Positions 28,795 through 40,424 of a stretch of 64,000 nt of DNA are shown in pieces (position 1 is the first letter of the stretch; each line of letters starts with the position of its first letter). The position numbers were made by a program, and so were the translations under genes. The notes under the pieces are model-generated. The model did not search any database and was not told the origin of the DNA. It saw nothing but the letters and a program-made list of their open reading frames with translations. Source of the stretch: Heptranchias perlo (taxonomy: Eukaryota). Where the stretch lies: contig NC_090359.1 of NCBI RefSeq assembly GCF_035084215.1, positions 13,516,001 through 13,580,000 of the forward strand. Direction: 5' to 3'.

Positions 28795-31700
28795 ATGGGG
28801 GATTTTGTAGTGAGAGGTTTGTTCCCAGTGCTGGTGTTAGTTGGAGTGGTTTGTTGCTCTGATATTTGGCAACAGTTTAGAGGCCAGAGATTTCCATGGA
28901 GAAGAGTAAAACCCACCCCTGTGCCCCAGAGAGTCCCTCCTCCTGTCCCTCCCTTTGGTTCCCATTTCAGTGTGTCTGAGGGGAGAAGTCTGTCTCCACT
29001 GCAGACTGTGATGGTGCAGTGTGGAGAGCAGAACCTGCTGGTGAGGGGAGACATGGATTTATTTAGAACCAGGCACCTGATTAAAGCTGCTGACCTGACC
29101 CTGGGGACAGCAGGTTGTCGGCCAACTGGGATCTACTCTCAGAACCACACTGTCCTCTTTGACTATGGGCTCCATGAATGTGGCAGCAGATTGCAGGTAA
29201 TGTGATTCCTCAACTCTTGTTCCAATTTCACTGTGAAGATTACTGCCCACTCTGAACTCATTAACATCGGGTGAAACTCCAGCCACTGAGGAGATCCCTG
29301 AATGAAATCTGTGTATAAATTTGTGCCCACTGTGAAGTATCACCCTGTGTGAAACTACTTCTTTATGTTGACATGTCAATCTTCGCTTTATATTTAAAAA
29401 GAACTTCAACTTGTCACTGAGGGACTGCATCTTTCTTAAATGGGTCATTACGACTCTCTAACTCTGAGATTCAACTCTATTGACCTTGAACCTTCACCTG
29501 CATTTCTCCAAACCACTCTGTTCTTTTGTGCCTCAATTGATTTATCTTTTCCGTTCCTTCCTGTGGATATTCAGGCCTGTTGCCTCAACTTGTGGTCAAT
29601 GAATGTTCAGTGTGGAAGTTCCTGTTGAGACTTCCCTTGAAAGATGAAACAAGTGGAACAATAATTGGGATACAGTGTATTAAAGGGGAACTCCACTTTT
29701 GGTTGTTACACCTGCCAATACCATTGATTCCACGGACACAGATGAGGTTTAAAAGTGATGTTGTGTTTTGTGCTCCATATCAGGGGTAACTTGAGCCCCT
29801 TAAGGTGAAAGCTCTATTCTATGTGGGAAAGAATGCTCATCAAATCTGGCAGTGCCAATCATTTCAGGGGTTTCTGACTGCAGGCCTGAAGTCCCCTGTA
29901 ATAGAAGGTGGACTGAGCAGAGTAACAGAGGCTGCTCCAGGCAACTTCTACCAATGGTGGAGCTACTTCAATCATGTGTCATTGAGGAGCAGCTGAAACC
30001 CCTCAAACTGCTGCTTAACAGGGCAGGAAAATGACCAGAAATAGCTTTTGTCCAATGAGACCAGCTCTTCATTCCTTAAGAACATAAGAACAAAAGAAAT
30101 TGGAGCAGGAGTAGGCCAATCGGCCCCTCGAGCCTGCTCCGCCATTCAATAAGATCATGGCTGATCTGATCCCAACCACAAATCTAAAGAACACAAGAAG
30201 TCGGAGCAGGACCCGGCCACATAGCCCCTGGGCCCTCTCCGCCACCCACAGGGCATTGACCGATCCGAACTCAGCTTCATGTCCAATTTCCTGCCCGCTC
30301 CCCATAACCCCTAATTCCCTTTACTTCTAGGAAACTGTCTATTTCTGTTTTAAATTTATCTAATGATGTAGCTTCCACAGCTTCCTGGGGCAGCAAATTC
30401 CACAGACCGACCACCCTCTGAGTGAAGAAGTTTCTCCTCATCTCAGTTTTGAAAGAGCAGCCCCTTATTCTAAGATTATGCCCCCTAGTTCTAGTTTCAC
30501 CCATCTTTGGGAACATCCTTACTGCATCCACCCGATCAAGACCCTTCACAATCTTATATGTTTCAATAAGATCGCCTCTCATTCTTCTGAACTCCAATGA
30601 GTAGAGTCCCAATCTACTCAACCTCTCCTCATATGTCCGCCCCCTCATCCCCGGGATTAACCGAGTGAACCTTCTTTGTACTGCCTCGAGAGCAAGTATG
30701 TCTTTTCTTAAGCATGGAGACCAAAACTGTATGCAGTATTCCAGGTGCGGTCTCACCAATACCTTATATAACTGCAGCAATACCTCCTTGTTTTTATATT
30801 CTATCCCCCTAGCAATAAAAGCCAACATTCCGTTGGCTTTCTTGATCACCTGCTGCACCTGCATACCAACTTTTTGATTTTCTTGCACTAGGACCCCCAG
30901 ATCCCTTTGTACTGCAGTACTTTCCAGTCTCTCGCCATTAAGAAAATAACTTGCTCTCTGATTTTTCCTGCCAAAGTGCATAACCTCACATTTTCCAATA
31001 TTATATTGCATCTGCCAAATCTCCGCCCACTCACCCAGCCTGTCTATATCCCCTTGCAGGTTTTTTATGTCCTCCTCACTCTCTACTTTCCCTCCCATCT
31101 TTGTATCATCTGCAAATTTTGATATGTTGCACTCGGTCCCCTCCTCCAAATCGTTAATATAGATTGTAAAGAGTTGGGGACCCAGCACCGACCCCTGTGG
31201 AACACCACTGGTTACTGGTTGCCAGTCCGAAAATGAACCATTTATCCCAACTCTCTGCTTCCTGTTTGATAACCAATCCTCCACCCATGCCAGAATATTA
31301 CCCCCAATCCCGTGATTTTTTATCTTAAGTAATAATCTTTTATGTGGCACCTTGTCGAATGCCTTCTGGAAGTCTAAATACACTACGTCCACTGGTTCCC
31401 CTTTATCCACCCTATACGTTATATCCTCGAAGAACTCAAGCAAATTTGTCAGACATGACTTCCCCTTCATAAAGCCATGCTGACTTTGTCCTATTAAATT
31501 ATGCTTATCTAAATGTTCCGTTACTGTCTCCTTAATAATAGACTCCAAAATTTTACCCACCACAGATGTTAAGCTAACTGGCCTATAATTTCCAGCCTTC
31601 TGCAGCCTGATGTAGGCAGGAAATCTCCAGCCTGATGTATTTCAGATGGCTGGAGATTTCCTGGTCTATACCACCCACCTGAACCATACCCGAAATGCTT

Positions 31701-33144
31701 GTGGATCTGTTATTGTGAGAACTAATGGAGCAGTCATTCCCATTGAGTGCCACTATTTTAGGTAAGAATCTTTACTCTATTGCAAATGAGGTCTGCAGCA
31801 GGTGCAGTTCTCTGAAGTTGTCCTGAAATTACACTCCTGTCCTTCCAGGAAGGGCAATGTGAGCAGTGACCCTATCAAGCCCACCTGGATCCCATTCAGC
31901 TCGACCAAGTCTGGAGAAGGGCTTCTGTCATTCTCGCTGCGTCTTATGAACGGTATGTGATGGGTGGATGGGGAGTGCTTTTCTGTCGTCTCCCACTGGG
32001 AGTTACACCCACTGTCTCCAACTCTTGTACTTCAGATGACTGGCTTACAGAGCGTACCTCGACTGTCTACTACCTGGGTGACCTCATTCACATTGAGGCC
32101 TCTGTTTCAATGACCAACCACATGCCCTTGAAGCTCTACATTGACAGCTGTGCAGCTACATTGAGCCCAGACAAGGATTCCACCCCAAGATACAACATCA
32201 TTGACTACCATGGGTAAGGAGCTCTCTGCTTTCTCCAGCTGGTTATGTCTCAATAGGTTCACTTTATTCACTTCGTCCCTTTTTTAATCTTTCTTCGGTT
32301 GCCTCCTGGACAGCAAAGCTGAGGACTCCTTTTCAACCTTTGTGTTGCCAAGAGGTGAACGTGAGCTGGACAAACTCCAGTTTCACCTGGATGCGTTCCG
32401 CTTCTTTGGAGATGACCGTTCCTTGGTAAGAGGAAGCCAAACATTGGGTCCCCCATGTTGGGAGGAGGTCACTAAATAACAACTTGTATTGAATGTGTCC
32501 CTCAGATTTTCATCACCTGTCACCTGAAAGTTGCTGCAGTGGATCGGAGAGATTCCATGAACAAAGCTTGTACTTTCCAGAATATGTAAGTTCCCTCTCT
32601 CGCTCAGGGATGTGTTGTATTAAAGGGTGATGGACAACCTGGTTGATAAACTGATTCTCTGGTTTAGCTGGACCCCATTGGAAGAATTGACCAATGACGT
32701 GTGCGCCTGTTGTCGTCTGGGCAACTGCAGTGTCACGAGCGAATTCCGACTTGATTCCAGAGGAAGGAGGGATCTTTTATCTGGACCTGGTAGGACATTG
32801 ATCCTCTCTATGTTGGAGGTCACCCTTTACCCTCTCTAACTGGAATGTTTGATATTGCAGAGAGTGATGCTGAATTGAAGTGGGAGGGTGAGGCCTCACT
32901 TGGACCCCTGGTCATTCTGGATCCTGAAGTGTCAGACCTGGCAACTGAGCCCCTTAATGAGGTTGAGCAAAGGATGCAGGAGAGGTCTCCAGGTGGTGAG
33001 TTGGTGGACTGCTAGTTTCCATTTTCCCTCAGTATTTGCTTCACTCACTAACCATTGGTTTCTTGTTCTGTTTTAGGTGTGGAGTCTGATGTGGTCCTGA
33101 TCCTGATCCTGGCCCTGACTGTGACTGCTGTCTCTGATCTCTGC
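28795..33144 (+). pseudogene. zp3: ZP3-like copy 2 (probably disabled); exon 1 28795-29196, exon 2 31646-31761, exon 3 31849-31952, exon 4 32036-32213, exon 5 from 32299, last exon from 33077 truncated
   Basis: Near-identical inverted copy of 3480-6332. Exon-5 acceptor AG changed to GG (32297-32298), 2-bp deletion in the TM exon, Tx1 insertion at ~33145 replacing the C-terminus, CR1 in intron 1. Confidence 0.85.
30077..31603 (-). mobile_element. Young 5'-truncated CR1 LINE in ZP3 copy 2 intron 1 (428-aa open RT frame 30277-31563)
   Basis: QHGF, YLDFQKAFDKV, GVPQGSVLGP, FADD motifs without stops; TTCTTATGTTCTT tail; absent from ZP3 copy 1. Confidence 0.95.
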
Positions 33145-33955
33145 TTTTTTTAGGCCCCCCTTTTATAATTAGTGGGGGTTTAGGGTGTGTTTGTGCAGAA
33201 AACCAAAATCCAGTGTCAAATTAAGATTTTATTATTTTGTCCAGGATGCTCTCCAGCCCCTGCAGTGCCCATCGGCGGAGATGGTGTCGCCATATTCCAT
33301 CGAGCTACACCCACCCCAAGTCTCAGGCCGACTAATAACAAAGGCCTTGCAAAAGAAAACCTCCTCTCCCCAATTCCCACTGTGTTTGGAGGGGGGCTCC
33401 TTTGCAGGATTTTGTAAACAAGAATATCCGTGATAGTGAGAGGGAGGGATGGTCGAATGGGAAGGAGGGAGTCTGCAGGGGTGGGCTGCTGCAGAAGTAG
33501 GTGGAAGAGGGGTGGGGTTGCACCTTAACAGGTGGATCTTCTGGTGGGCAGGGGGAGGAGATGTCTTCCCCTAGACAGCTGGAGCTGCCCAGGCTCAGTC
33601 CTGCACAGATTGAAAAGTAACTTCACCCAGGCAGCTCCAGCTGTTCTGGGCCAGACACTGGGGGGAAACCCCCTGTTCTGTGCGATCTTCTTTCCTCCCC
33701 CTACCTTCAGTTGATCACACTGCACCGCACCGACCTCCTCTTCCTCCCTCTGTTGGATGGTATCGGTCAGCAGCAGCACACCCCTCACAGTGAATGGTGG
33801 TCGTCTTCTTCTCCCTCCTTCCCTGTTGGTTGTTTGTTCCTCTCCTTCTCCTTCTCCCAGATTCAGAGGTATACAAGCAAGGGCTAGTACTTTTCACCCT
33901 GCTCTCCACCCAGAGCTCTCGCTCTGACCTCCACTCTGCTCTACTCAGCAGTATT
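33145..33955 (-). mobile_element. Mini non-autonomous Tx1: 5' UTR plus first ORF1 codons fused directly to the 3' end
   Basis: 33293-33955 aligns to the 5' UTR at 38457-39070; ATGGCGACACCATCTCCG joins the ORF2 end (RWALQGLESILDKIIKILI) and 3' UTR. Confidence 0.85.
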
Positions 33956-34403
33956 AACTGGCAAGTTCAGTCAGGCTGATTCCTGGATGGATTGATGGTC
34001 TGTCTGAAAGACATCCAATCGTATCCCAACAGTGACTCCTTATTTTTTCTTTTAGAAATTTATGAAATGGGACATTGGAAGTGATTGAACGAAAGGAGGA
34101 TCCGAAAGACATTGAGTTGGATCAAAAACAGTTTTTTACAATTTTCACCACTCCGCTCAGCTCAGGAGTGTGGGATGGAAGAGCAGCCGGGGGTTTATCA
34201 GTGACTTTTCCTGATGAGTCTGAAAGACATCCAATCGCATCAAAGAAGTGACCTTTTTGCTCCCAGGTTTTTTTTTAGGACTTTCTTTTTTCCATTCCCA
34301 ACAGCGACTTGTTTTTTCTTTTTTTAGGCCCCCCCTTTATAAGAAGTTGGGGGGTTCAGGGTGTTTTATGTGCAAAAATCCCAAAGAGAAACCAAACCAA
34401 GTA

Positions 34404-36377
34404 TCAAATTATATTATTTTCCTCGTTCAGGATGCAGTCCAGCCCCTGCGGTGCCCACCGGTCGCGGAAAGCCTCAAGCGTACCGGCAGACTCCGCGTGC
34501 TCCATCTCCAGGACCACCCGGGCGCGGAGAATTCTGTGGAAGAGAGGCAGACAGTCCGAGCGACCGCCCCCACGGGCCGCGAGCAACCTGCACCTGTGGA
34601 TGGCCACCTTGGACAGGCCCACGAGGACGTCCACCGACCTGCCCGCTCCCCTCCTAACCGGGCGGCCAAAGATCAGGAGCATGGGACTGAATTGGAGCCA
34701 GAACTTGGAGCAGCCCCTCCAAATAATCAAACAGGTGCTGCAGTCTCCCACACCCCGTGAACAAATGAAACACTGACTCATCCAGGCCGCAGAAATTGCA
34801 GGTGGACCGGGAGTCCGTAAAATGGTGTAAACGCCTATTGCACGCGACTGCTCCGTGCAACACCCTCCACCCCAGATCCCCGATGGAACACGGGAGGATC
34901 CCTGAGTAGAGAGCCCCCCACTGGGGACCCCCGTCTCCGCCGGACGGCAGGATGGTACGCCAGGGCGTGTCCGGGTAAGAGACAAGGGCGAGGAAGGGGA
35001 GAGTGTGCAGGAGCAGCCCGTACAGGAAATCCCTCCGTGCGGAGTGAAGAGGCACGGAGGGAATTTCCAAGACGGCTCAAGTTGAGGCGCAGCCTCCCGA
35101 GCCAGACTCAGCAGAGCGTCCAGCCGGTCGGCATCCTCCGGGCTGACCTTTGGCAGGTCCTCCCACAAAACTCTGCGCGCTTCCTCACTGGACGGATCAG
35201 GAGAGAACAGAGCCTCGTAGTAGGATCGAGCCCGGGCCCTGAATCCCTCCGGGTCCGAGACGAGGGACCCGTCGTCGGCCAGCAGCGTAAGGAGCTGTTT
35301 ACGGGCCCCCCCGCCGCTTTTCCAGCGAGGTCCAGGTGCAGGTCCCTCAGAGCGTCCTTCCTCTCCTCGTACACCTGCCGCAGGGCCGGATCCTCGGCGG
35401 CCTGACCGAGACGGGACTCCAGGCCAAGCACCTCCTGCTCCAACCGCCTGACCTCGGACTCCCGCCTCTTAGTCGACCCCCTCGCGTACTCTTGACAGAA
35501 GAGGCGGACGTGAGCCTTGCCCACGTCCCACCATAGCCTCAAGGAGGAGAAGCCTCCCCGCTTCCCTCTCCAGTCGCTCCAGAACAGACGGAACGAGTCC
35601 CGGAACCGCGCGTCCTCCAGCAGCCGGTTGTTAAAGTGCCAGTACGCGGACCCCGACCGGGCGCGGAACAGAGCGAGCTCCATCCACACCAGGTGGTGGT
35701 CCGAGCACGACACCGGCCGGATGGAGGCCGACGGGACGCAGGAGGCGTACGCCCGCGAAACGTACAGGCGGTCGATTCTGGTGCTCCCTCCTGCAGCCCT
35801 CACAAAGGTGAACTGGCTGGAGTCGGGATGGAGATTCCGCCAGACGTCCACCAAGTCGAAGGACCCGACCAGGTCCCTCAACTTCCCCGTCGCCGACCGG
35901 CGATCCGCGGGACCGGAGCGATCCCTCGCCTCGAGGGTACGGTTAAAATCCCCCCCGAGGATAATGCACTCGCCGGCGTCGACGGAGTTCAGGTAAGTGG
36001 ACACTTCCTCAAAGAAGCTCACTTGCTCGGCTCCGGACCAGGGGGCGTACACGTTCACCAGGTGAAGCGGCACGTCCCCGTGGCGAAGGGCTACGTGGAG
36101 CAAGCGGCCCGGCACCGGCTCCTTGACCCCCAAGATCTCCGGCTGAAAAGTCGGGGCCAACAAGATGGCCACCCCGCTCGAAACGCTGGCGAGGTGACTC
36201 AAGTAGACCCCCCCCTCCCCATTCCAGGATCCACGTGGCCTCGTCTCCCGGAACGGTGTGGGTTTCCTGCAGAAAGCACACCGCATACTTCCCGTCCCGC
36301 AGGACCGAGAACTTGTCAAATCTACGGCGGGCGTCTCTGCCGCCGTTGATGTTGAGGCTGGCTATGGTTATCTCCAT
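34404..36377 (-). pseudogene. Tx1 ORF2 remnant: AP endonuclease plus C-terminal zf-RVT, RT missing
   Basis: MEITIASLNING, FLQETH, GGDFN, RIDRLY, SDH motifs; frameshift in the G-run near 36210; no YADD/FADD region. Confidence 0.85.
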
Positions 36378-36406
36378 GGCAAGAGCACAGCGCAACCTAC
36401 TTAAAC

Positions 36407-38456
36407 CTAACGCGCGGAGGGAGCGGGGCCGCTAGTCGACCGCCACTCCCTCAAGAGCCCGGTGAGGAGAAACCTGAGCCGGCGCAACCCGACCCTGCCG
36501 CCGCCCTCCTCCGCGGCCACGGACGCGACGGCGGCCCGGACCGAGCAGATTAATTGCGCCGGCTCCGACCAACGGTCGAGGGCCAGCCGGACGCCATCGC
36601 GACGATGGCTCCAAACGGACACAAAATCCCGGAGCTCCTCAACGGGGATGAGGGGAGACTCGGTGCCGGGCACGAGGGCGTCCACCACCTCACTGGTGGC
36701 GAACTCCAAATCCTCCCCAGTGCCCACCACCGAGTCCCCGTCCTCCTCCGGATCATCGTCGCTCGCGGCCGACCCACTCCCCGCACAGGGTGCGGAGAAC
36801 GAGACGGCCGCGCCGGCCAGCCCCGCCTCTGTCACGATCCCACCCCCAGGATCGTCGGCAGAGGAGTCCCCCCCGGGCTCTACCGGGGGCTCCGGGTCAG
36901 AGGGCGGCGCCGGGCGGGGACCCTCCCCATCCTCCGGGCGGTGAAAAACAGGCACCCGGATATAGGGGCAAACCGGGGAAACCGGGGAGAACGTATACTC
37001 CAGTTCTCCCACCTCCCCCGGCTCCGTGCCCAGATACTGGGAGGAGGGGGTCCCCCCACCCACGTCGCCACCGACCGACCCGGCCCGTGAGATATTTTTA
37101 TTAAACCCCGCCACCAGGTCGAGCAGGTCCTGGGAGAGGTCGAGCCGAGGGCAGACGAATCCGGCCTCTTCGGCCTCGCCCGCCCCGGCACCCAGGACGC
37201 CCGACCCGGTGAACGGGGTACGTATGTCTATGGGCGGATCCGCGACCCCCCCTATCAGCAGGGTCTCTCCATCCCCCCCGGGCGGCACGGGCACGATCTC
37301 CTCCCCCCCGAGAGGCAGAAGACCCCCGCCGCTGTTTAGATGTAGCGGGTGGGGCCGCAGGATCCGCGAGTGGCGCCAACTCCCCATCCACGGGGGGCCG
37401 TCCCTTAGCAGGTTTCCCCCCCGCTTCCAGGGAGTGGCGCCTTTTCTTCTTGCCGGAGGGTCGCGGAGGGAGGGGGAGCCCCATGTCTGTTGGGGCCCCC
37501 ACCTCCGCTCCCTCCTGACCACCCGCCAGCCCGGGCTCTGTCGCGACCGCGAGATGTTGATCAGCCGCGGTCACGACCACGGCCTTGGGCTGGCTAGACC
37601 CGTTAACGTCCCGGGGACCAGCCTCCTGGTGCCTCGTCTTCTTCAGCGCTTTTCGCGGCCGAGGGTGCCCTCCTTCCCCCCCGGCGGAGGCCTCGTCGGC
37701 AACCTCCGCCCGCGCAGTTGACTCTCCCGACGCGGGGGCGGGGTTAGGGGGAGGAGCGGTGGCGGCGCCAGCCTTGGCCGCCGTAGCTTGTTTGGCGGCC
37801 TGGGAGGCGGGGCAGTTCTTCTTTAGGTGCCCCACCTCCTTACAGGCATGGCACCGCCCACCCTCCGCCGTCCAGAAGACACGGTAGGCTGTCCCGTCAT
37901 GGAGGGTGTTAAAGCCCCCCTCCGTCACCTCCTCCCGTGCCAGTGTAATAAAGGCTTGGCGACGGAAGGAGTAAACATGCCGGAGGCTGTTATCCTTGAG
38001 GCCGAGCGGCAGCGGCGTTATCCCCGACCTCACCTCCCCCAGTTGACGCAGGTGGGGGAGGAGGAGCTCATCCGGAAGGAAGGGCGGGACGTTGGAGATG
38101 ACAACCCGCTGCGCGGTGGCCTCCAGCGGGTCCACCGGCAGGAAAGTCCCGCCCACCGTGAGCCCCTTGCTCAGGGCCAGGGACACCGCCCGCTCGGACC
38201 TCAAAAAGACAACAGCCTTCCCGTAGACCTTGGAGGCCGCAACGATGGCCGAGGGGCCGACAACCTCGGCCATGGCCTTTACGCAGGCCTCAATGGTCAT
38301 GTTGGGGTGGGCGTAGGCCTTGACCCCATTCTTCCTCGTCAAGAGGCGAAACGGCGCCGGCCCAGCAGGAGCGGCAGAAACAGCAGGAGCGGCCGCCGTG
38401 GCAACTCCCGCATACGTCCTGCTGGGTCCCGGCACCGGCGAAGATGGTGACGCCAT
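36407..38456 (-). pseudogene. Tx1 ORF1 (gag-like, CCHC knuckle), frameshifted
   Basis: VVISNVPPFLPDE, CHACKEVGHLKKNC zinc knuckle; continues in a second frame (ORF 36407-37522). Confidence 0.8.
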
Positions 38457-39083
38457 AGTCTCAGGTCGATGGATGGAGACGGCCTTAATGGATAACCGCC
38501 TCTCCCACGTCTGCCAATATTAATTTGGGAGAGGGGCTCCTTTGTCCGATGTTTATGCCTTAAGAGGTATCGCTCACAAGAGCAGGAGAGCAAGTGAGGG
38601 AGGGATGGCGCCCAAAGAAAGGAGGGAGTCCGCAGGGGTGGGCTGCCGCTGAAGTGGGTCGAAGAGGGGCGGGGCTGCACCTTCTTCCTTCTGGTGGGCA
38701 GTGGGGAGGAGATGTCTTCCCCTAGACAGCCGAAGCTGCCTCGGCTCAGTCCTCCAAGGATGGAAACAAAAGAAAAGTAACTTCACCCAGGCAGCTCCAG
38801 CTGTCCCGGGCCAGACACTTGGGGGGAAACCCCCTGTCCTTTTATGGTCTTCTTCCTCCCCCTACCTCCAGCCGTCCACACCTCACGGCGCCGACCTCCT
38901 CTTCCTCCCTCTGTGTTGACGGCCGAACCCGCAGCAGCACACCCCTCACGGCTGATGTTGATGGTGATGGTGTTCTCCTTCTCCCTCCTTTCCTGTTGAT
39001 GGTTCCTCTCGTCTCCTTCTCCTCTCGCTGGCTGGCTGGCTCTGCTCTGCTCTGCTCTGCTCGTTGTCAGTACCACAGTGATG

Positions 39084-39210
39084 AACCTCTCACTACAAAA
39101 TCCCCCATGATACCAAACAACTCAACTATCACTTTCCCCACCAACCAGCACCTTTTATACACAACCTGCAGTCAGCTGACTCCAATTGTCCCAGATGAGG
39201 CTAAACGAGA
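39084..39210 (-). pseudogene. zp3: ZP3 promoter, 5' UTR and first 8 codons (third-copy stub)
   Basis: ATGGGGGATTTTGTAGTGAGAGGT (ATG at 39108) and leader match copies 1/2; TATAAAA 39159-39153; E-boxes CAGCTG 39173-78, CAATTG 39183-88, CAGATG 39192-97. Confidence 0.85.
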
Positions 39211-39223
39211 AAACTGGACGAAA

Positions 39224-39535
39224 CTGGAGTGCATCCTGGACCGAAATAATAAAATTATTATTTGACACTTATTTTGGGTTTTTTGGTTTACTGCACATGA
39301 ACACACCCTGAACCCCCCCCCCACTACTTATAAAAGGGGGGCCTAAAAACACACAAGGAAAAAGGGGGAAAAAAAGCCTCATTCTGACTGAACTTCCAGT
39401 CGACAAAAAAAACCACCCAAAACCCCCCTTCTTATGAAAGAGGGCTGAAAACACAAGGGAAAAAATTATTATGACACATATTCTGGGTTTATTGTTTACT
39501 GCACATGAACACACTCGAAGAATAAAAAAACAACA
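39224..39535 (+). mobile_element. Stack of Tx1 extreme 3' ends
   Basis: LECILDRNNKIII* plus 3' UTR (39224-39376), then two further partial 3' UTR copies. Confidence 0.8.
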
Positions 39536-39537
39536 CA

Positions 39538-40384
39538 AGGCCTCCGCCGGGGGGGAAGGAGGGCACCCTCGCGGAAAAAAGGCGGGGAGGAAAATCAAAC
39601 ATCTGGAGGCTGGTCCCCGGGATGCTGAACAATCGAGTGAGCCCGAGGCTGCGATCGTGACCGCGGCCGATCTACATCTCGTGGTCGCGACGGAGGCCGG
39701 GCAGATCGTTGGTCAGGAGGGAGCGGAGGAGGGGTCCCCAGCAGACCCTCCCTCCGCGACCCTCCGGAAAGAAAAAAAGGCGCCACTCCCTGGAAGCGGA
39801 GGGGAACCCTGCAAAGGGACGGCCCCCCGTGGAAGGGGAGTTGGTGCCTGACGCGGATCCTGGGGCCCCACCCTCCATTTCACACCATCGGCGGGAGTCG
39901 TCCACCACTCGGGGGGAGGAGACCGAGCCCGTGCCTCCTGGGGGGAATGGGGAGACCCTGCCTATGAGGGGGGTCGCGGATCCGGGCACGGAGGAGAGTA
40001 TACAGTTCACCGGGTCGGGCGTCCTGGGTGCCGGGGTGGGCGAGGCCGATGAGGCTGAATTCGCCCGCTCGCGGCTCGACATCTCCCAGGACCTGCTCAA
40101 CCTGGTGGCGGTGTGGGCGGGGGGAGCCCCTTCTCCCGGTCTCTGGGCACGGTGCCGGGTGAGTTGGGGAGCTGGAGTTCACTTACTCGCCGGTTTCCCC
40201 GACCGGTGGGCACTGCAGGGGCTGGAGTGCATTCTGGACAAAAATAATAAAATCTTAATTTGACACTGGTTTTTGGTTTTCTTTGGGTGTTTTTGCACAT
40301 AAACAAACCCGAAACCCCCCCTTCTTATAAAAGGGGGGCCTAAAAACACACAAAAAAGAAGATAAATAGAAAAAGAAAAAAAAA
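39538..40384 (+). mobile_element. Tx1 derivative: ORF1 middle fused to the ORF2 3' end and tail
   Basis: ASAGGEGGHPR...RPSGKKKRRHSLEA matches ORF1 at ~37000-37700; joins DRWALQGLECILDKNNKILI* near 40200. Confidence 0.85.
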
Positions 40385-40424
40385 GAGTCGCTGTTTTGAA
40401 ACGATTGGATGTCTTTCAGGGCCC

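Larger units (their letters stand above)
34310..39075 (-). mobile_element. Near full-length Tx1-clade LINE with the RT domain deleted
   Basis: 5' UTR with (GCAGA)n, ORF1, ORF2 endonuclease, internal deletion near 35100, zf-RVT, 3' UTR and A tail. Confidence 0.93.

Noticed and set aside
35037-38680. Many overlapping plus-strand and off-frame ORFs
   Set aside because: Expected in a very GC-rich Tx1 body; the real frames are ORF1/ORF2 on the minus strand.
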